A stretch of 64,000 bases of DNA, taken from the NCBI RefSeq assembly GCF_001194135.2, contig NC_068983.1:160136170-160200169 (forward strand). Reading direction: 5' to 3'. A program made the translations under genes and the position numbers. Source of the DNA: Octopus bimaculoides. Its lineage: Eukaryota. Below the pieces are notes generated by a model that was not told the DNA's origin, searched no databases, and saw nothing but the letters and a program-made list of their open reading frames with translations. This document shows, one piece after another, positions 37,354-52,319 of the stretch. The first letter of the stretch is position 1. Each line of letters opens with the position of its first letter.

Positions 37354-39157
37354 TGATGTTTTGACAATTTTGTCTGGGTTTTGTTGTCCTTGAGTAAACC
37401 AATTTATGTGATTCTGCTATGTGAATCTGTGATGAATTTTCTATCAGCATTACTTTCATATAATATCATATCAGCATTACATTCATCAGAACAAGTTCCA
37501 TTAAAAAAATATAGAAAAGAGACATATTGAAGATGAAGAGGTTTTTATTGTTGTTGGTACATATTTGTACCTGAAGTAACATAATTTAGGTTACACATAT
37601 GCCATGGAGGTAACTGCTTCAAAACTTATTAGGGCAAGAATATAAGAGTAAACGTGATCTGAAGGAAACAGTGCAACATTTTCGTCACAACAGCATTCAC
37701 TTACTCAGGTTTGTTATCTTTTAACATTTCATAGTTGATATACAGTTATAAAATAGACAAACTGAAAAACCCACATTAAACTGACAAATGACAATTAATC
37801 TTTAAATCAATCATCATCATTGTTATTGATGTTGCTGCAATGTCTGCTTCTCCATACTTGCATGAGTTGGATGGAACATTGCTGAAGCAGATTTTCTCCT
37901 GTAAGATGCCTTTCCTATCACAAACCCTCACCTGTTTCCAAGTATGATAATATTTCTCTATGATTTTACACAGAAAGACATCACTTGCAGGAGGGAGACA
38001 TTAGTTTTCAAGTATAACATGATGTCAAGGCAAGGAAATTGTAATACATACACACTCACATACATACATACATACATATATATATATATATACATATGGA
38101 GTAGAAATGCGAAGCATGAAATATGTCATTATTATCATTTAACATTCGTTTTTCATGCAGGCAAGGGTTCAATGGTTTGACAGGTGGTGATCAGCCAGAG
38201 AGCTGCAAAAGGCTCCAGTTTTCTGCTTTGGCCTGGTTTCTACAGCTGGGTGCCCTTCCTAATGCTAACCACTTTAGAGAGTGTAGTGGGTTCTTTTTAC
38301 ATGGCACCAGCATGCACAAATGGCTTTCTTTCACTTTCTATCTAACAAATCTATTCACAAGGTTTTGGTCATCCTGAGGTTTTAGTAGAAGATATTTGCC
38401 TTAGGCACCACATGGAAGGATTGAACCTGGAACCATGTGATTAAGAAGCAAATGTCTTATCACACAACCTTAACTGTGTCCAATATTTTAAATATTTTTG
38501 CCAATACATTAATTATGAAGCAATTCAATCTACTTACTACGTAAGCATTCTATTCCTAGAATTAAAAACATAAATGGTGAGAAATGGGTTACCATTTCCC
38601 ATCATAAAACGTCTTCTTTAGTATTACAACAATAAAGTGCTTACTAGGTTCTTTGGTTAGCTGCCCTTTTTCTATATTTTTGTTTTTCTAAGTCCAAAAT
38701 AATTTGACAATGAATAGTCTCTAGAGAAGTAACTATTTTCTTTCAATCTCTTGCAACACTTCAATGTTCTAAGAGGATTGACTCTGTTTCTCATGAAGTC
38801 TTAGAATTTTATTATTCTTTAATTTTATTTTCAAAAGCATATATGTATATTTAAGCTCCAATAAGTACATGCATGAAAATGCTGTGACATACATATGTTC
38901 ATATACATATATGTATGTATGTGTGTGTGTGTGTGTGAGTGTGAGTATGCATGTGCGTGCATAAGTCTGTGTATGTATGTGCATATATATGTGCATATAT
39001 ATACACACATATATATATACAGACATACATACCTACATACATATACATATATATGTGTGTGCATGTATATATATAATACACATATACATAACACACACAT
39101 ATATATATATATGTATAAACACACATATCTATATATATATGTATATGTATATACATA

Positions 39158-39231
<74 letters not shown>

Positions 39232-39238
39232 TATACAT

Positions 39239-39279
<41 letters not shown>

Positions 39280-39902
39280 TATATACTACTCTACAGTAAG
39301 TGAGTGAGCATAAGAATGTATTTATTTAATATGCAGAACAATGCCTATGCAATATCTCCATGTATACTTGTGTGTACTGTGCTCTTTATGGATGTGACAT
39401 ACAAAATTGTGTGTGTATTTAAACAATGGTTTCTGGATATAAAGCTGGAAAGTTTGAGTTGTGGGGAACTTGGAGCCACCCTTTAATTATTACAACTCCT
39501 TGGTCCATTCTGATCTAGAAGAATAGTATCTGACAGGGTCCCATCTATGGGCGAAATAAATTTCCTCCAGATAGAGGAGACTCCCCTTATTTTTAACAAA
39601 ACCATGGAAAACACACCACTTCTAAGAAAACGATGCTCTGATATAAAACTTGCAATCAGAATGGTACCTGTAATCTTGCAATGCTTCTCAATGGAACCTT
39701 CCATGGTAAAAAAGTGAGTGGTAAAAGTGTTGTACAATCTTTTGTGACTTAAAATCCAATGATGTATGGATGCCTTGCTTTCATTTGATAATCTTTGATC
39801 CATTTTGTATTTCATAAAGCAATCAGGTTGAATGTGAGATGACTATCATCTGACAAGATGAGGCAATCACCATGCATGTATACATATATTTATATTCTCG
39901 GT

Positions 39903-40009
<107 letters not shown>

Positions 40010-40065
40010 CCTATCGATCTAGCTTTCTATTCTATCTATCTCTGTACACACACACATACATGTAG

Positions 40066-40105
<40 letters not shown>

Positions 40106-40994
40106 CTGGTACTTTGCTGTACTCATAAATACCTGTTCTCCACAGCAGAATTGTTAGTGCCATTTCCCCTACTAAAGAGGATTGGCCTGCAAGACCCTGA
40201 GCTGGTGACACATAAAAGCACCCATGTTGGCAACACATAAAAAGCTCTCATGTCAGTGCCACAAAAAAAGCACCCAGCACATTAGGAAGGCATTCAGTCG
40301 TAGAAACTAAGCCAAACCAGACTGGTACCTGGTGCAACTCTTCTGCTGGCCAGCTCTGGTCGAACCATCTAACCTATGCCAGCATGGAAAACGAACATTT
40401 AATGATGATGATGATGGTGATATATGGTGATCGTATGCAATTACAATAAAAAGAAAAGAAATTTGAAGATATATGATATGAAAGACATAACTGAAAATTT
40501 AAATTGTTTCTTTTATCAAATATTTGTCCTTTAAATTCTCTTGTTATTGAATATATTGCTCCTTTACATTCAAAAGAAACATAAATATATTAAATGATTA
40601 AAAGGCTGAATAGTAATGTATCAGAGTGAAAGAGTGAATATAAAAAGGATAAGCAAAAGCATGAATTCATTGTCTGGCAAAATTTGGGGTTTTTTATCAT
40701 TTAGCATAATTATATTGTATTGAAAAACAAAATCAATAATGAATAATAAAAGAAAATATTTTTTAAAAAACCTATGTAAATTTAAACTTATGTCTATAAC
40801 AGACCAGTATGTGCATATATATATACATATATTCTGTAAATAAATTTCCTATGATATTTCCCTAGCTTTAATTATTCTGACGAAGCATGAAATTCAAGTA
40901 AACACTTGATGTTTCATAAATAAAATCCACACTTTTAAAACTTTAAATGTCTTTGGAGACCATTTTTCTTTTTGATTGTGGTGTTCACTTGTTC

Positions 40995-43135
40995 ATCAAA
41001 CCCCATACACAGCTGGTAAACTTAGCAGCTTCGTTGATGTACCAGAAAGAAGGTAGGTGTTTTGCATAACGTCTTTTGAAATCGCCTTCACATAGCCTAA
41101 TGTAATTTCTTTTATTTCAGTTAGGTTATCTTGAAATGTTGCCATGATTACTGCGTCATATACAATGGCATTTATCATACACACAGCTGTATGATATTTC
41201 AATCAAACGTCTGTTGAAAATCTTTCTGTATTCATTATTTACTGGGAAATGCTTATCTAAAAGAGACAGGAATTTCGTGTCTACGTTAGTTTTAATATTT
41301 AGAGAGAAAGTGAGGGCCGATCATATTATGTTCCTAGGTCTATTGTTAGGTCTATGTTTTTTTTTTTATGATGACTCATATTTTTACTTGAAAGGTTGTA
41401 ATGTACCTTTTCTTTGAAGCCGCTGTAAGCAAAGGTATTGTTATAGTAGGGGACTGCCTTATCAAATGTTTCTTTAGAAGATGTTAGCTATCAGGATCTT
41501 AAACACTATCATACGTAGTGAGAGGACTGTTTGTGTATGTAGGAGAGTTTCTATTTTAGTTTATAATATGATTTGTAAGAGCGGGAGTTTAAATCTAGGG
41601 AAACATCTAAAATGATCGAGATTTGATAGGGTAGTAGTAACAATGATTTTAAGGCCTAATTGACTGAAGATGTCAATGAGTTCTTTCCTAAATTTATCGA
41701 TAGTGTGACCAGCAGAGCGATGAAATATTCCCAACCCATCTTCCTGGTGTAGATCGATATCGTAGGGTGGGAATTTAGACATCAATGTATTTAATATAAA
41801 GAGACTTACAAGATTACAGATGTCTACAGTCATATGATCTCATTGATACATCGAACAATTCACCTGCATCGGATTTTTTTAACCTCTACTAAGTCTTTAC
41901 TAAATGGAGGTGTTTTTCTCGCATGTATGATAAAGTTCAGCTCTATGTGGTCTATATTAACATATAGTTTCACGAACTCAGTCACCTTATCAAGCAGCGA
42001 TCTTGATATCGAGGGATCAAAACTAGAATATCAAACTGTATAAATCTAGTCCTGTGCTTATCCTTTAAATTCTTCAACCAATCGATTACAGTACTGATAT
42101 TATCCCATTGCTGTAGAATAGTAGTCTCTCTAATTCTGATGTTAATAGTCCTTAGGTTCTTCTTTTTTTTCTACTGAACTGATTTCAGTCTCCATAGGGT
42201 TTAACAGTCTACAAGTGGGCTTATTACTGAAATTAGGTTTGTGATATTTTAGAGTGATGACAGCTCTTTTTTTGCTAAGCCTTCTAATCTATCATCAATC
42301 TTATTACGTTTAAAGAGGAATTTAGCCTCATCATTAGTATCATTGAATCTATGTTAGCTTTCTTATATTTAGTGTAAATCATGTCATTCAGTAACTTACC
42401 ATATAGATCATTAGTGATTTCATGCAGCTTGTTGGTCTTATAAAAAATACGAACATCTCTTCAGAGCTTCTAAAGTTTCTAATATAAGATTTTAATTTGA
42501 ATTGAATTTACAGAATTTAATATTGGTAACTAAATCAATGAGGTCTGCCTCAAAAGGGGTTAAATATGTTATCTTGAGAGAGTATTTAAGTGTCTTTTAT
42601 TCATAATACTCTGAGGCAGTGAAAGATGGCATAGCATCAAAAAACTAAGGCCATCCATCTCAGCCATTTTATGAGGTCAACTTTCTCACGAAACATCTTG
42701 AGGATAGGTATTCTGGTGGTACATGTATATTCTTAGCAGAGTAATCCATGTGGCATAAATCCATAATAGTGTGTGAATTAGTAGAATCCTTAGAGTCACT
42801 CAACTTAATGTAGCAATAATGCCAAACATATATATGATAAATTTGCAGTAGAAAACAATGTGCTGGAGGTATATAGTTTACTGTTCTGTTAAGGTAAGAT
42901 CAACAAAAATAGTAATCAGTTCAGTAAGTGATAAATACAGTTTAAAAACACGAGTTGCTAATAGCTTCTTGCTTTGGAGATAGGAGCTAAGGCAGGTTTT
43001 TATAATATGCCTTATGTTTGTAAGCAATTTCAGGCCTAGTTGTTGTAGAATAATTCAACAGGGCGGGGTCCAAGGTCTGTGAGACAGCTGCTCAATCCAG
43101 AGAGGGTGTTGTCCTCCACTTTGCCAAAAGAAATT
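40995..43135 (-). pseudogene. Large Penelope-like element remnant: N-terminus, RT, thumb and GIY-YIG, heavily decayed
   Basis: Minus-strand fragments: HQEDGLGIF...IDKFRKELIDIFSQLGLKI (RT YxDD region); TSSKETFDKAVPYYNNTFAYSGFKE; RNII*...FSLNIKTNVDTKFLSLLDKHFP...KIFNRRLIEISYSC; NAIVYDAVI (GIY-YIG start). Confidence 0.8.
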
Positions 43136-43249
43136 TGTCCATGTGCTTGCATTTACTGAAAATTTCGGATCTGGAATTCAAGATAAGCCAATCAAAAAGA
43201 AAAATTACATCGGGTTACGTGAAGGTAACATATTACAGCTGGCAATTAT

Positions 43250-43258
43250 CATCATCAA

Positions 43259-43289
<31 letters not shown>

Positions 43290-43625
43290 GTCGTCGTTTA
43301 GCATCCGCCTTCCATGCTAGCATGGGTTGGACGATTTGACTGAGGACTGGCAAGGCAGAAGGCTGCGCCAGGTTCCAATCTGATCTGGCAGAGTTTCTAC
43401 AGCTGGATGCCCTTCCTAACGCCAACCACTGCGAGAGTGTAGTGGGTGCTTTTACGTGCCACCGGCACGAGGGCCAGTCACACAGTATTGGCAATGGCCA
43501 CGCTCAAAAAAGTATTTTTACATGCCACCGGCACGGGAGCCAGCCGAGCGGCACTGGCAACGACCTGGCAATGACCTTGTTCAACTGATTTCCTAACGTG
43601 CCACCAGCACAAGTGCTAGAAGGCG
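43250..43625 (-). mobile_element. RTE-tail (B) repeat, relatively young
   Basis: CpG-retaining copy of family B. Confidence 0.85.
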
Positions 43626-43990
43626 GCGTTTTCAGTGATGATACTTTTTCCTAGAATATTTCTTGCTTGCCGACATTGTAAGCCATACTAAATAATTTCA
43701 TGAAAATCGGTATTTTATGAGCTAAGAGGAGTAATCTCCCTTGCTAATGTAACTAGATGTGAATTAGGATACTTTCCTGATATCATAGTACCCTTCTAAT
43801 TTTTTGGCCTCCAATGGCTCAGATCACATGATCAGCCTCAACCAACAACAACAGATGTTACTGGTGTTCTGTGGAAATAGTACTTCATGCATTCATTCAC
43901 AACACTGCCTGACTGACCATGCATTTACTTCACATGTGTGTGAAACTCCAGTAATAGTGCAAATCATTAACTGTTAACTTACACACATAG

Positions 43991-44093
<103 letters not shown>

Positions 44094-44436
44094 CATTATC
44101 ATATATGCGTGTGTATGTGTATGTGTGTGTGTGTACGTGTGTGTATGTGTGTTTGTATATGTATATAAGCACCTATTTTACTTCTTCTATAGTTACCAAG
44201 TCAGAACCATTTTTTTTGTCATTCTTCATTTATCTTCTATTGTCTTTCACTTCTTTAGTCAGATGTAGTTTTCTTACTTGCTTTCGAACCTTTACTTTCG
44301 ATGCTTTTTTTTTAATTCAGCTTCTCTATTTGCTTCCTTCAGTTTTGCTTTTATTACTTTGTATTTTGTTTGTGTCTTTTCTTATTGTTTCCTTCCTTCC
44401 TTTTGTATTGTAATTTGTACCAGCCAAGCTCTCTTT

Positions 44437-44480
<44 letters not shown>

Positions 44481-45000
44481 CATACATACATATATACATA
44501 CATATATACATAAATGCATACATACATATAACAAATAGCACAAGCAATATATATATATATATAAATATATATATATATTGCTTTTGTTATTTGTTTTTTT
44601 TTCTTTTTTGGCAAGTCCTTAACAGCCTAATTGCATCACAGAAATATCTTTTCAATGCTTTTCAATGAGATGATTTATAACATTTAATATTTCTCTGCTG
44701 AAGAACTGTTTCAGTTTTATCTTTATTATTTTTATTATTTTTCATTGTTATTTATATATTTCCTTGTTGCTGTTCTTGTTTTTGGCTCCACTTCTTTCTC
44801 CATCCATTTCCTTCTCTTGCCTTTCTTCTTTTTCACTNNNNNNNNNNCCCCCCCCCATCCCCACAGTATCTCCATTTCAGTCTCTTTCCCATAAATTTTC
44901 TTTCCTATTTTCTGCCTTCTTCACTTTCCACACATCTCACCTTTCAACTCTTGCCTGGTTTGTTTTTTATTCTAACCCTCATTCAAACACACACACGCAC

Positions 45001-45063
<63 letters not shown>

Positions 45064-45677
45064 CTCTCTCACACTCCCTATTTATCTCTTTCTCATTCTC
45101 CCATTTTGCTTCTCTCACTCAGTATCATTATATATATCTCCCTCTCTCTATTTGTCCCTTATTCTTTTCTAGTAGTTCTTCTGTTTGGCCAATTTTCTTT
45201 AGCTACATCTCAACATTTTCCTCTTCTGTATTCTCTCCATCTTGTTTTATCCACTCTCAGTATATTTCTCAGTTTATTTATCAAACAGATTTTTCATCAT
45301 GTTCAATATAGTCTTCCTTCTCTTCTGATTGCCTTCTATTATTCAACTGGAGAAGACTAAGCCTCCTTTAAGGATAAAATCAAAAGTTTTTCCTTTCAGT
45401 AATATCATATCGAGTGATATTTCTCCCAGAATAAAAGCATAACTGTAGTTAAAATAGCAATAACAAGAACAATATTTCTGCTGTAATATCAACCCATGGA
45501 TTCTTTTATACACCTCCGCTACATGTTACTTAAATCAAATTGCAGTTGAATGTAAAGTAAGAAAGATACAAATATCCAACAATTCCAAATACATTTTTAT
45601 TCTTTGAAATTCCATTTACCACAATAGACAATAACTGTGTGTGTGTATGTGTGTGTGTGTGTGTACATATATATATA

Positions 45678-45712
<35 letters not shown>

Positions 45713-46318
45713 TATATGTATGTATATGGGTAGGTAGATAGGTATAGATGGATTGATGGATGTATTGATTGTCACATTTCTATCAATGTAATGAATACAT
45801 TTCTGTACAATTATCCTAAGTTTTAAACTTCACTAATATACAAAGCTTATTATTTCTAAAACATTTTTTTAATATTTCCTAAAAGGATTTTTTCCTAGGA
45901 TAAAGTAATTCATTCTAAAGAATATCTATAAATAGTGGCAGGGTTTTTTCTACATCAAACATTAAAGAATGTTGTAGGAAGTTGCGTACATACATTCTGA
46001 TGAAACCACATATACATATGCTTGAAATGTATAAAAGAAAGTGGGCAGCTACATGACTCCCTAATGAGGAATTTACAACACCAGTACCCATAATTCACAT
46101 TCAGCTTGATATTTATAATTACTGGATCAAAAGGCTTATCAGAATTTAGTGGGTAAATTTATGCTAGATTATCTGCGTTTCCCTCTTTTACAAACTTCAA
46201 AGAAGTGATATAGCTGAGAAATTAAACGAATGCAAGAGAGAAAGACCATGCAAAATATATTAGAAACGCAAGATGTTCTCATTTGCTATTGCCATCTTTC
46301 TGCTTTTAATATTCTTGT

Positions 46319-46359
<41 letters not shown>

Positions 46360-46572
46360 NNNNNNNNNNNNNNNNNNNNNNNNNNNNNNNNNNNNNNNNN
46401 NNNNNNCTCTCTCCAAGACTACCTTGTTGCAAAAGAAATGTTTAATCAAAATGAACAAAATGTTCTCAACACTTGTCTCACTGTCTCTGTCTGTCTGTCT
46501 GTTTCTGTCTCTCTCTCTCTCTCTCCCACACACACACACTCACACATTTGCACACACACACACAAACACACT

Positions 46573-46606
<34 letters not shown>

Positions 46607-47394
46607 CACACAAACACATGCATACATATATGCATGTGCGAGTGTGTGTACATAGGTATTTACAAACACAATGAGTATCCTACAGTTTCCATTTACCAAA
46701 TTCACTCACATGGCTTTGTTTGTCATGGGGCTACAGTAGAAGTCACTTTATCAAGCTGCTGTACAGAGAGACACAAAACTTGGACCCATGGAGTTGAGAA
46801 GTGAACTTTTTAACATGTATAAACCATGCTTACATATGTTTTCTTTTCTCAGGATAATCAAGCTGTTTTTTTCTTAATGACAGGTCAATTTTAGAAAATT
46901 CTTGATTCCTGAAGATATCACCCGTTCTCATTTGGAGTTGTTCCCAAATACCATCAATCAATTATTTTACCACTATTGAAAGCAGAGATGATTTCAATAA
47001 ATTAAGATTAATAATGAATAATACTATTTACATATCCTCAAAAATTAGAGTGGAGTTTCGAGGAAAGATGGATAACTCCAGGTCTGTCACAGTCAGATGA
47101 AGAACTTAATCGACAAAGCATAACCTTCATTGTTCTTGACAATGCAGCAATGAGAGAATTGCTAAGTAAATGTAGAGGACTACATATTGTGAGTGTAGGA
47201 AAAAATAGAATTGATTAGAGATTAAATAATTCAGAAACATCATTATTTCCAGTTAAGTTGTTATTGCACTCTGTACTAATTAAGTTAATAGTAACACAAC
47301 TCAGTTATTGTTTACCAAGTTAAAATGTGTGTGGGTGTGTGGGTGGGTGTGTGTGCGTGTCTGTGTGTGTTTGTGTATGTGTGTATATAATTCA

Positions 47395-48310
47395 TTAATT
47401 CATTTTACTCCGTATAGAGCATAAGGCATTAGCAACGAATCTCTGTTCGTCTTGATCTTTGGCAACGGATTGTAGTATTCCCCAGGTGAAGCTGTTTGTC
47501 AGTACTTCAGTTTCTGTGGACGTTCTCGTGTTGGCTTTGGTCTCTCGTGCTTCTTCTCCCTTGAGAAGTCCACTGGAGGGTGTTCCTTGAAATGCTGGAA
47601 ACGGATTTCCGAAGGCTGGTTCCAAGCCGACACCACTTCATTCTTTTAATCTGAGTTTTGTTAGGTTTTGATAAGTTAATGTTTCGCAAAGCTTTCTTTG
47701 TGAGTCTCTCGTACTATCCTAGCTCAAGGATGTTCCGGGGATATCTATTCATAAATGTTTTGAGCTTGTCGATGAGGAAATTTTATGACTTGCTCTATTT
47801 CACACATGTACAGCAGAATCGATTTCACACTTGCATTAAAGAGTTTTCTGTTTGTTGACAAGACATGTGATTTCTCAGTTGGTTTGAGCGACCTGAAGAC
47901 AGTTGTAGCTTTCCCAATTCCTATTTACATGTCCTGACCCTCCTTACTGACGACGCTTCCCATGTATATGAAATGAACATCTTCAATTTCCTCACCTCTG
48001 ACTGAAGTTCACATCGTCGGTTGCGCGCTCTCTCATGCTTTATGTCTTCCTGATGTTGATCTTGAGGCCAACCTTCATGGATAGTACGCTCATTGTTGTG
48101 ACCTCCTTCTGTCAGCGCGGTGCTGGAAGAGAAGAGAAATGTCATCAGCGAAGTCGATTTCTTCCAGATGGTTAGAGAAGGACAACTGAATTTTTCTGGC
48201 TTGAACATTATTTGTTTCTTTCATCATCCAACAATTGCCATTAGGAAAAGAAAGGGCAATAGAAGACATCACTCCCCGTTAGGGCAGTGAATGGCTGTGT
48301 CACACATCCA
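47395..48310 (-). mobile_element. 5'-truncated RTE-clade LINE (RT domains to C-terminus)
   Basis: LEEIDFADDISLL (RT catalytic motif), LQWTSQGRR, and VAKDQDEQRFVANALCSIRS at the end; multiple frameshifts. Confidence 0.85.
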
Positions 48311-49210
48311 TCATGTACATCTTGGCACGTTAGCCGTTCATAAATAGCTCTGAGCCTTCTAATGTGACTCTACTCAGAAGGCTGTAATCTTATTTGACAG
48401 GAACACGGTATAAATAAATACATGGAACAAGGAGGTAACTTTAAATATCTTTAATGTGGCCACACGTATATATACAAGGGGAATGATAAATAGAAATGGT
48501 TTGCTGTGTGGAGGCCATGGTCTTCTCCTGTGCGTTGCCTCCTGTCTGCTAGCTGGCGTATGTGTGTGAGAGAGAGACTAGATCACGTCTTTACTGTCTG
48601 ACGTATTGGCGAGTAAAGAGGAAGAGATGAGCTTCTTAATCTTAATGTTACTTATGCCCTCTATTGCTCAACTGATTAGGCAGCCACCGTTAAGGGAGGT
48701 AACTGCGCCTACATATCTTTCCGGAAGTAGAAAGAGTGTGATGCTTCTCCAGTTAATGCATGGAAATTGAAAGAGAGAAAAGAGAGAGATTGGAAGATAG
48801 CTTAACACACAAACAGACCGACAAACAGATGGAGAAAAGGTTAATTTCATGCGAACGAAAGAACTACAAAGAAAACCAAATCTCCCTCAAATCATACACT
48901 ACCTTCTTAGAGAGCAGCTGCTAGATAATACGGTCCTGCATTTCCTGTAGGGATAAAACGGGATTATCAAGCCGAAATGTTTTTGATCAGGATTCAAAAA
49001 CGACAACGACTAAAGAACGACAACAAAGACAACAACAACAGGGCTAATTAACAAATTACAAGTCCGTATGTATATATGTATGTATGTACATCATTATTCG
49101 GTTGCCAATGGAGAAAGAGCCGGTTTCTAACCTAGATGCAAGGTTCCTTCATTGGAATTTCAACATCAACAACAGGGTGTTTTTTGTATGTATGTATGTA
49201 TGTATGTATG

Positions 49211-49242
<32 letters not shown>

Positions 49243-51294
49243 TGTATGTATGTATGTATGCAAATGTGCTAACTTGATGATGTGTGTGTGCACGAAAATA
49301 ATGCAAAAAATAATCATTGAAGAACGCACACGTAGGTGTATGAGTTCTGCATAGAAATGTTTCTTTAAAAAATTCGCGGAACGATTGATGTAACACTTTT
49401 CTGAAGTTTAGTAGTCTATAAAAAAAAGTCAAATATAATAAATGACATCATAATCAGAAAAAAAACGTCAGAGAAAATAGAGAATGCAGAGGAGAAATCA
49501 GTGGAAAGAAACTGGTGCATATAGCAAGAATCGATGTAAGAGTTATGACGTCAAAAGCCTATACAAATTGGTCCGCAATATACTTTTATGACATGACCCG
49601 TCACAATTTGCGTTTATGACCGATTGGATGTGATGAATAAATAGATGGAAAAGAGAATAACCGCACATAGCTTTGAGAGAGCGGTATTCAATATCACTGG
49701 TATAAGTTGCTTGATGCTTGTGATATCTGTAAGTGATATAATAATGATTTTTCTTAGTTTTCCAATTTAATAACTGCCTTACAATGGTCTGTGGAAATAT
49801 TTGATTTGTGGACAGTATTGATCTATAGTCAATATACTTTATTCCCATGCATGGACAGTGTAGAGTCAGAATTAAGCTCCCTTCGAACTAAGATTGCGTT
49901 GCGATTCTCTTACGTCATTAAAGCGCTTTAAAAGATTTATATCAAAACATTCCGACTGTAATTTTATTTCTTATAAAATTAAGAATGTTTCAGATTTCAT
50001 CGTCTTGGTTCTGATCTGTGTTCTATAATCTTATTTTGTTTCCAATACTTTGTTCAAACTCATTCAAATGTGACTTTTTCCACTCAAAAACAATAAACAT
50101 GTAACTACTCCATTTCAACACTTTATCTTTATTATGTGCGTTATTTTAACTAATCAGGAACTGCCATTATTTGATGGTTCCACGGTAAGATGAATGCATT
50201 TCGGCAGCTTTGCAGCTCAGCATTTTAAATTTTACTGATCACCTGGCTCAACCATGTGGACATAGTAGAAAACTTGTAAGAAATATTATCTAAGTCAGCT
50301 TTTTTTCGCGCCAGTATTTTTACTGACACTCGGTTTTGAGTAATCTGTCTTTTAGAAAGGTCTGTGAGTTTTCGCATCGAAATAAAGATTGTCATCAAGT
50401 TGCCTAACTTCACATCGGACTGCCTGATAGAAAAATAATCCTCTCCTTTTCTCTGAAATTCACTAAACTGTACGAAAACTATGTTCTCACTCATGGAACA
50501 TAGCACCCGATAGAGACTGAAATGAATACATTCTCACGAAAATAGGCATATATTAACATAGATACGGAATGAGGACTATGTTCTTACTCAAACGTCAAAT
50601 CATCCACTAGAGACAGCAAAGAACACACTCATTGACATATATAAAAGCAGATCGTCTTCATACGTAGATATGTATCGTGTCTGTCATTCACACACTGTAA
50701 AAGACATTCTCTTAAACAGACAACATAAAAAATCATTCTGATTCATATCATACGCCTAAAATGTCAACACACAAAACAAATCGCAGAAATAATTTGGGTT
50801 GGGTTTGTATCACACTTTTGAAATGGTGTCTGTTTCATGTTCATTCTTTCATGAACAGTAACAGTGTATGTAGACATAATTTAAGCGAACTTTTCGCTAT
50901 TTTATTCATTGCTGACATTTTATCTTGAAAGGTTTCTATCATGATTTTAATCTTCATTAAGTATTTATTTCAATTAAAGATGTTCAAAATTATGTTGTCA
51001 TATACCCAAGAGTATTCTGTAGTCTTCTTACCGTTACAAACAAACAATATTATGGAAGTCAGAGCATCTGAAGTGGAGACTGAAATAGGTTTCCATGTTA
51101 CTGAATAGAAGTACTTTAAATAAAAGAAAAACAGATTCCTTAAGCTAAAATTTAGAACAACAGTAATATTCTGAAAACCTCTTACTGAGTTCTGTATATG
51201 AAACTATGCAATGCAACTATCTAGTGGCACACATATATACTCACAAGTATTCTTACATATATATAGATAGGAGAATGTACGAAAAAAAAAAAAC

Positions 51295-51465
51295 AATAAC
51301 AGACGAGGACAGGTGGTGTAAACAACAAAAGGATGTATTAGTATGACGCTCGGGAATACGGAAAGTCTTTAACGTTTCGAGCTACGCTCTTCAACAGAAA
51401 AAAATAAGGAGAAAACAAGGAGAAAAACACGGAGAAAAAGATTGAATGGTGTTGGTCAACGGTCT

Positions 51466-51470
<5 letters not shown>
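51295..51470 (-). mobile_element. Short repeat carrying a hammerhead-like motif with a variant core
   Basis: Minus strand 51400-51365: ttt-ctgttga-a-gagc-gta-gctc-gaa-acgt-t-aaag. Confidence 0.45.
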
Positions 51471-51509
<39 letters not shown>

Positions 51510-51649
51510 GAAATTTAAAAGAGAGTTTTGACTCCTTAAGGAGTCTACTTTAGACTTTTTGCGGTGAAATCTCTTGCTATATTGGTAACGATTACATGTT
51601 TCTCTCATCATCAACACATTGTGGAGATATCATCATATATATATATATA

Positions 51650-52085
51650 TATATTATCGTTTACTTGTTTCATTAGACTGTGGTTAAGCTGGTGCACTAC
51701 CTTGATGAGTTTTACTCGCTCCCAGTACCTTTTTATAAATCCTGGTGCTTATTCTCTTGGTTTCTTTTGATAAACCGCTAAGTCACGGTGATATAACTTA
51801 GCTTGACACCAACATCGGTTGTCAAGCGGTGGTACAGGAACAAAAACAAACACAAAAACACATGCACATACACAAATACGCACACGTGTTCACACATACA
51901 CACACACGTATATATATGTATATACACAACGGATTCATTCTGTTTCCGCCTACCAAATCCACTCCCAAGGCTTTGGTTGGCCCTAGGCTGTAGTAGAAGA
52001 CACTTGCATAAGGCGCTACGCAGTGGAATTGAACCCGGAATCATGTGGTTCGGAAGCAAGCTTCTTTCCACATAGCCAGGCTTGC
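51650..52085 (-). mobile_element. SINE family A
   Basis: Reverse complement of the family A head and tail. Confidence 0.85.
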
Positions 52086-52221
52086 GTCGCTTTCTTTCTC
52101 TCTCTGTGTCTATATATATATATATATATATNNNNNNNNNNNNNNNNNNNNNNNNNNNNNNNNNNNNNNNNNNNNNNNNNNNNNNNNNNNNNNNNNNNNN
52201 NNNNNNNNNNNNNNNNNNNNN

Positions 52222-52262
<41 letters not shown>

Positions 52263-52319
52263 AAGAAAGAGAGAGAGAGAAAGAGATAAATAGATAGATA
52301 GATAGTAGATAATAGACCA

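Noticed and set aside
39483-39815. 110-aa minus-strand ORF
   Set aside because: No motif; its 3' part appears to be an interspersed repeat fragment.
45985-46000. ctgatgaaac hammerhead-like words
   Set aside because: No helix II between CUGAUGA and GAAA.
50225-50506. 93-aa minus-strand ORF
   Set aside because: No recognisable domain and no consistent splice context; a length expected by chance.
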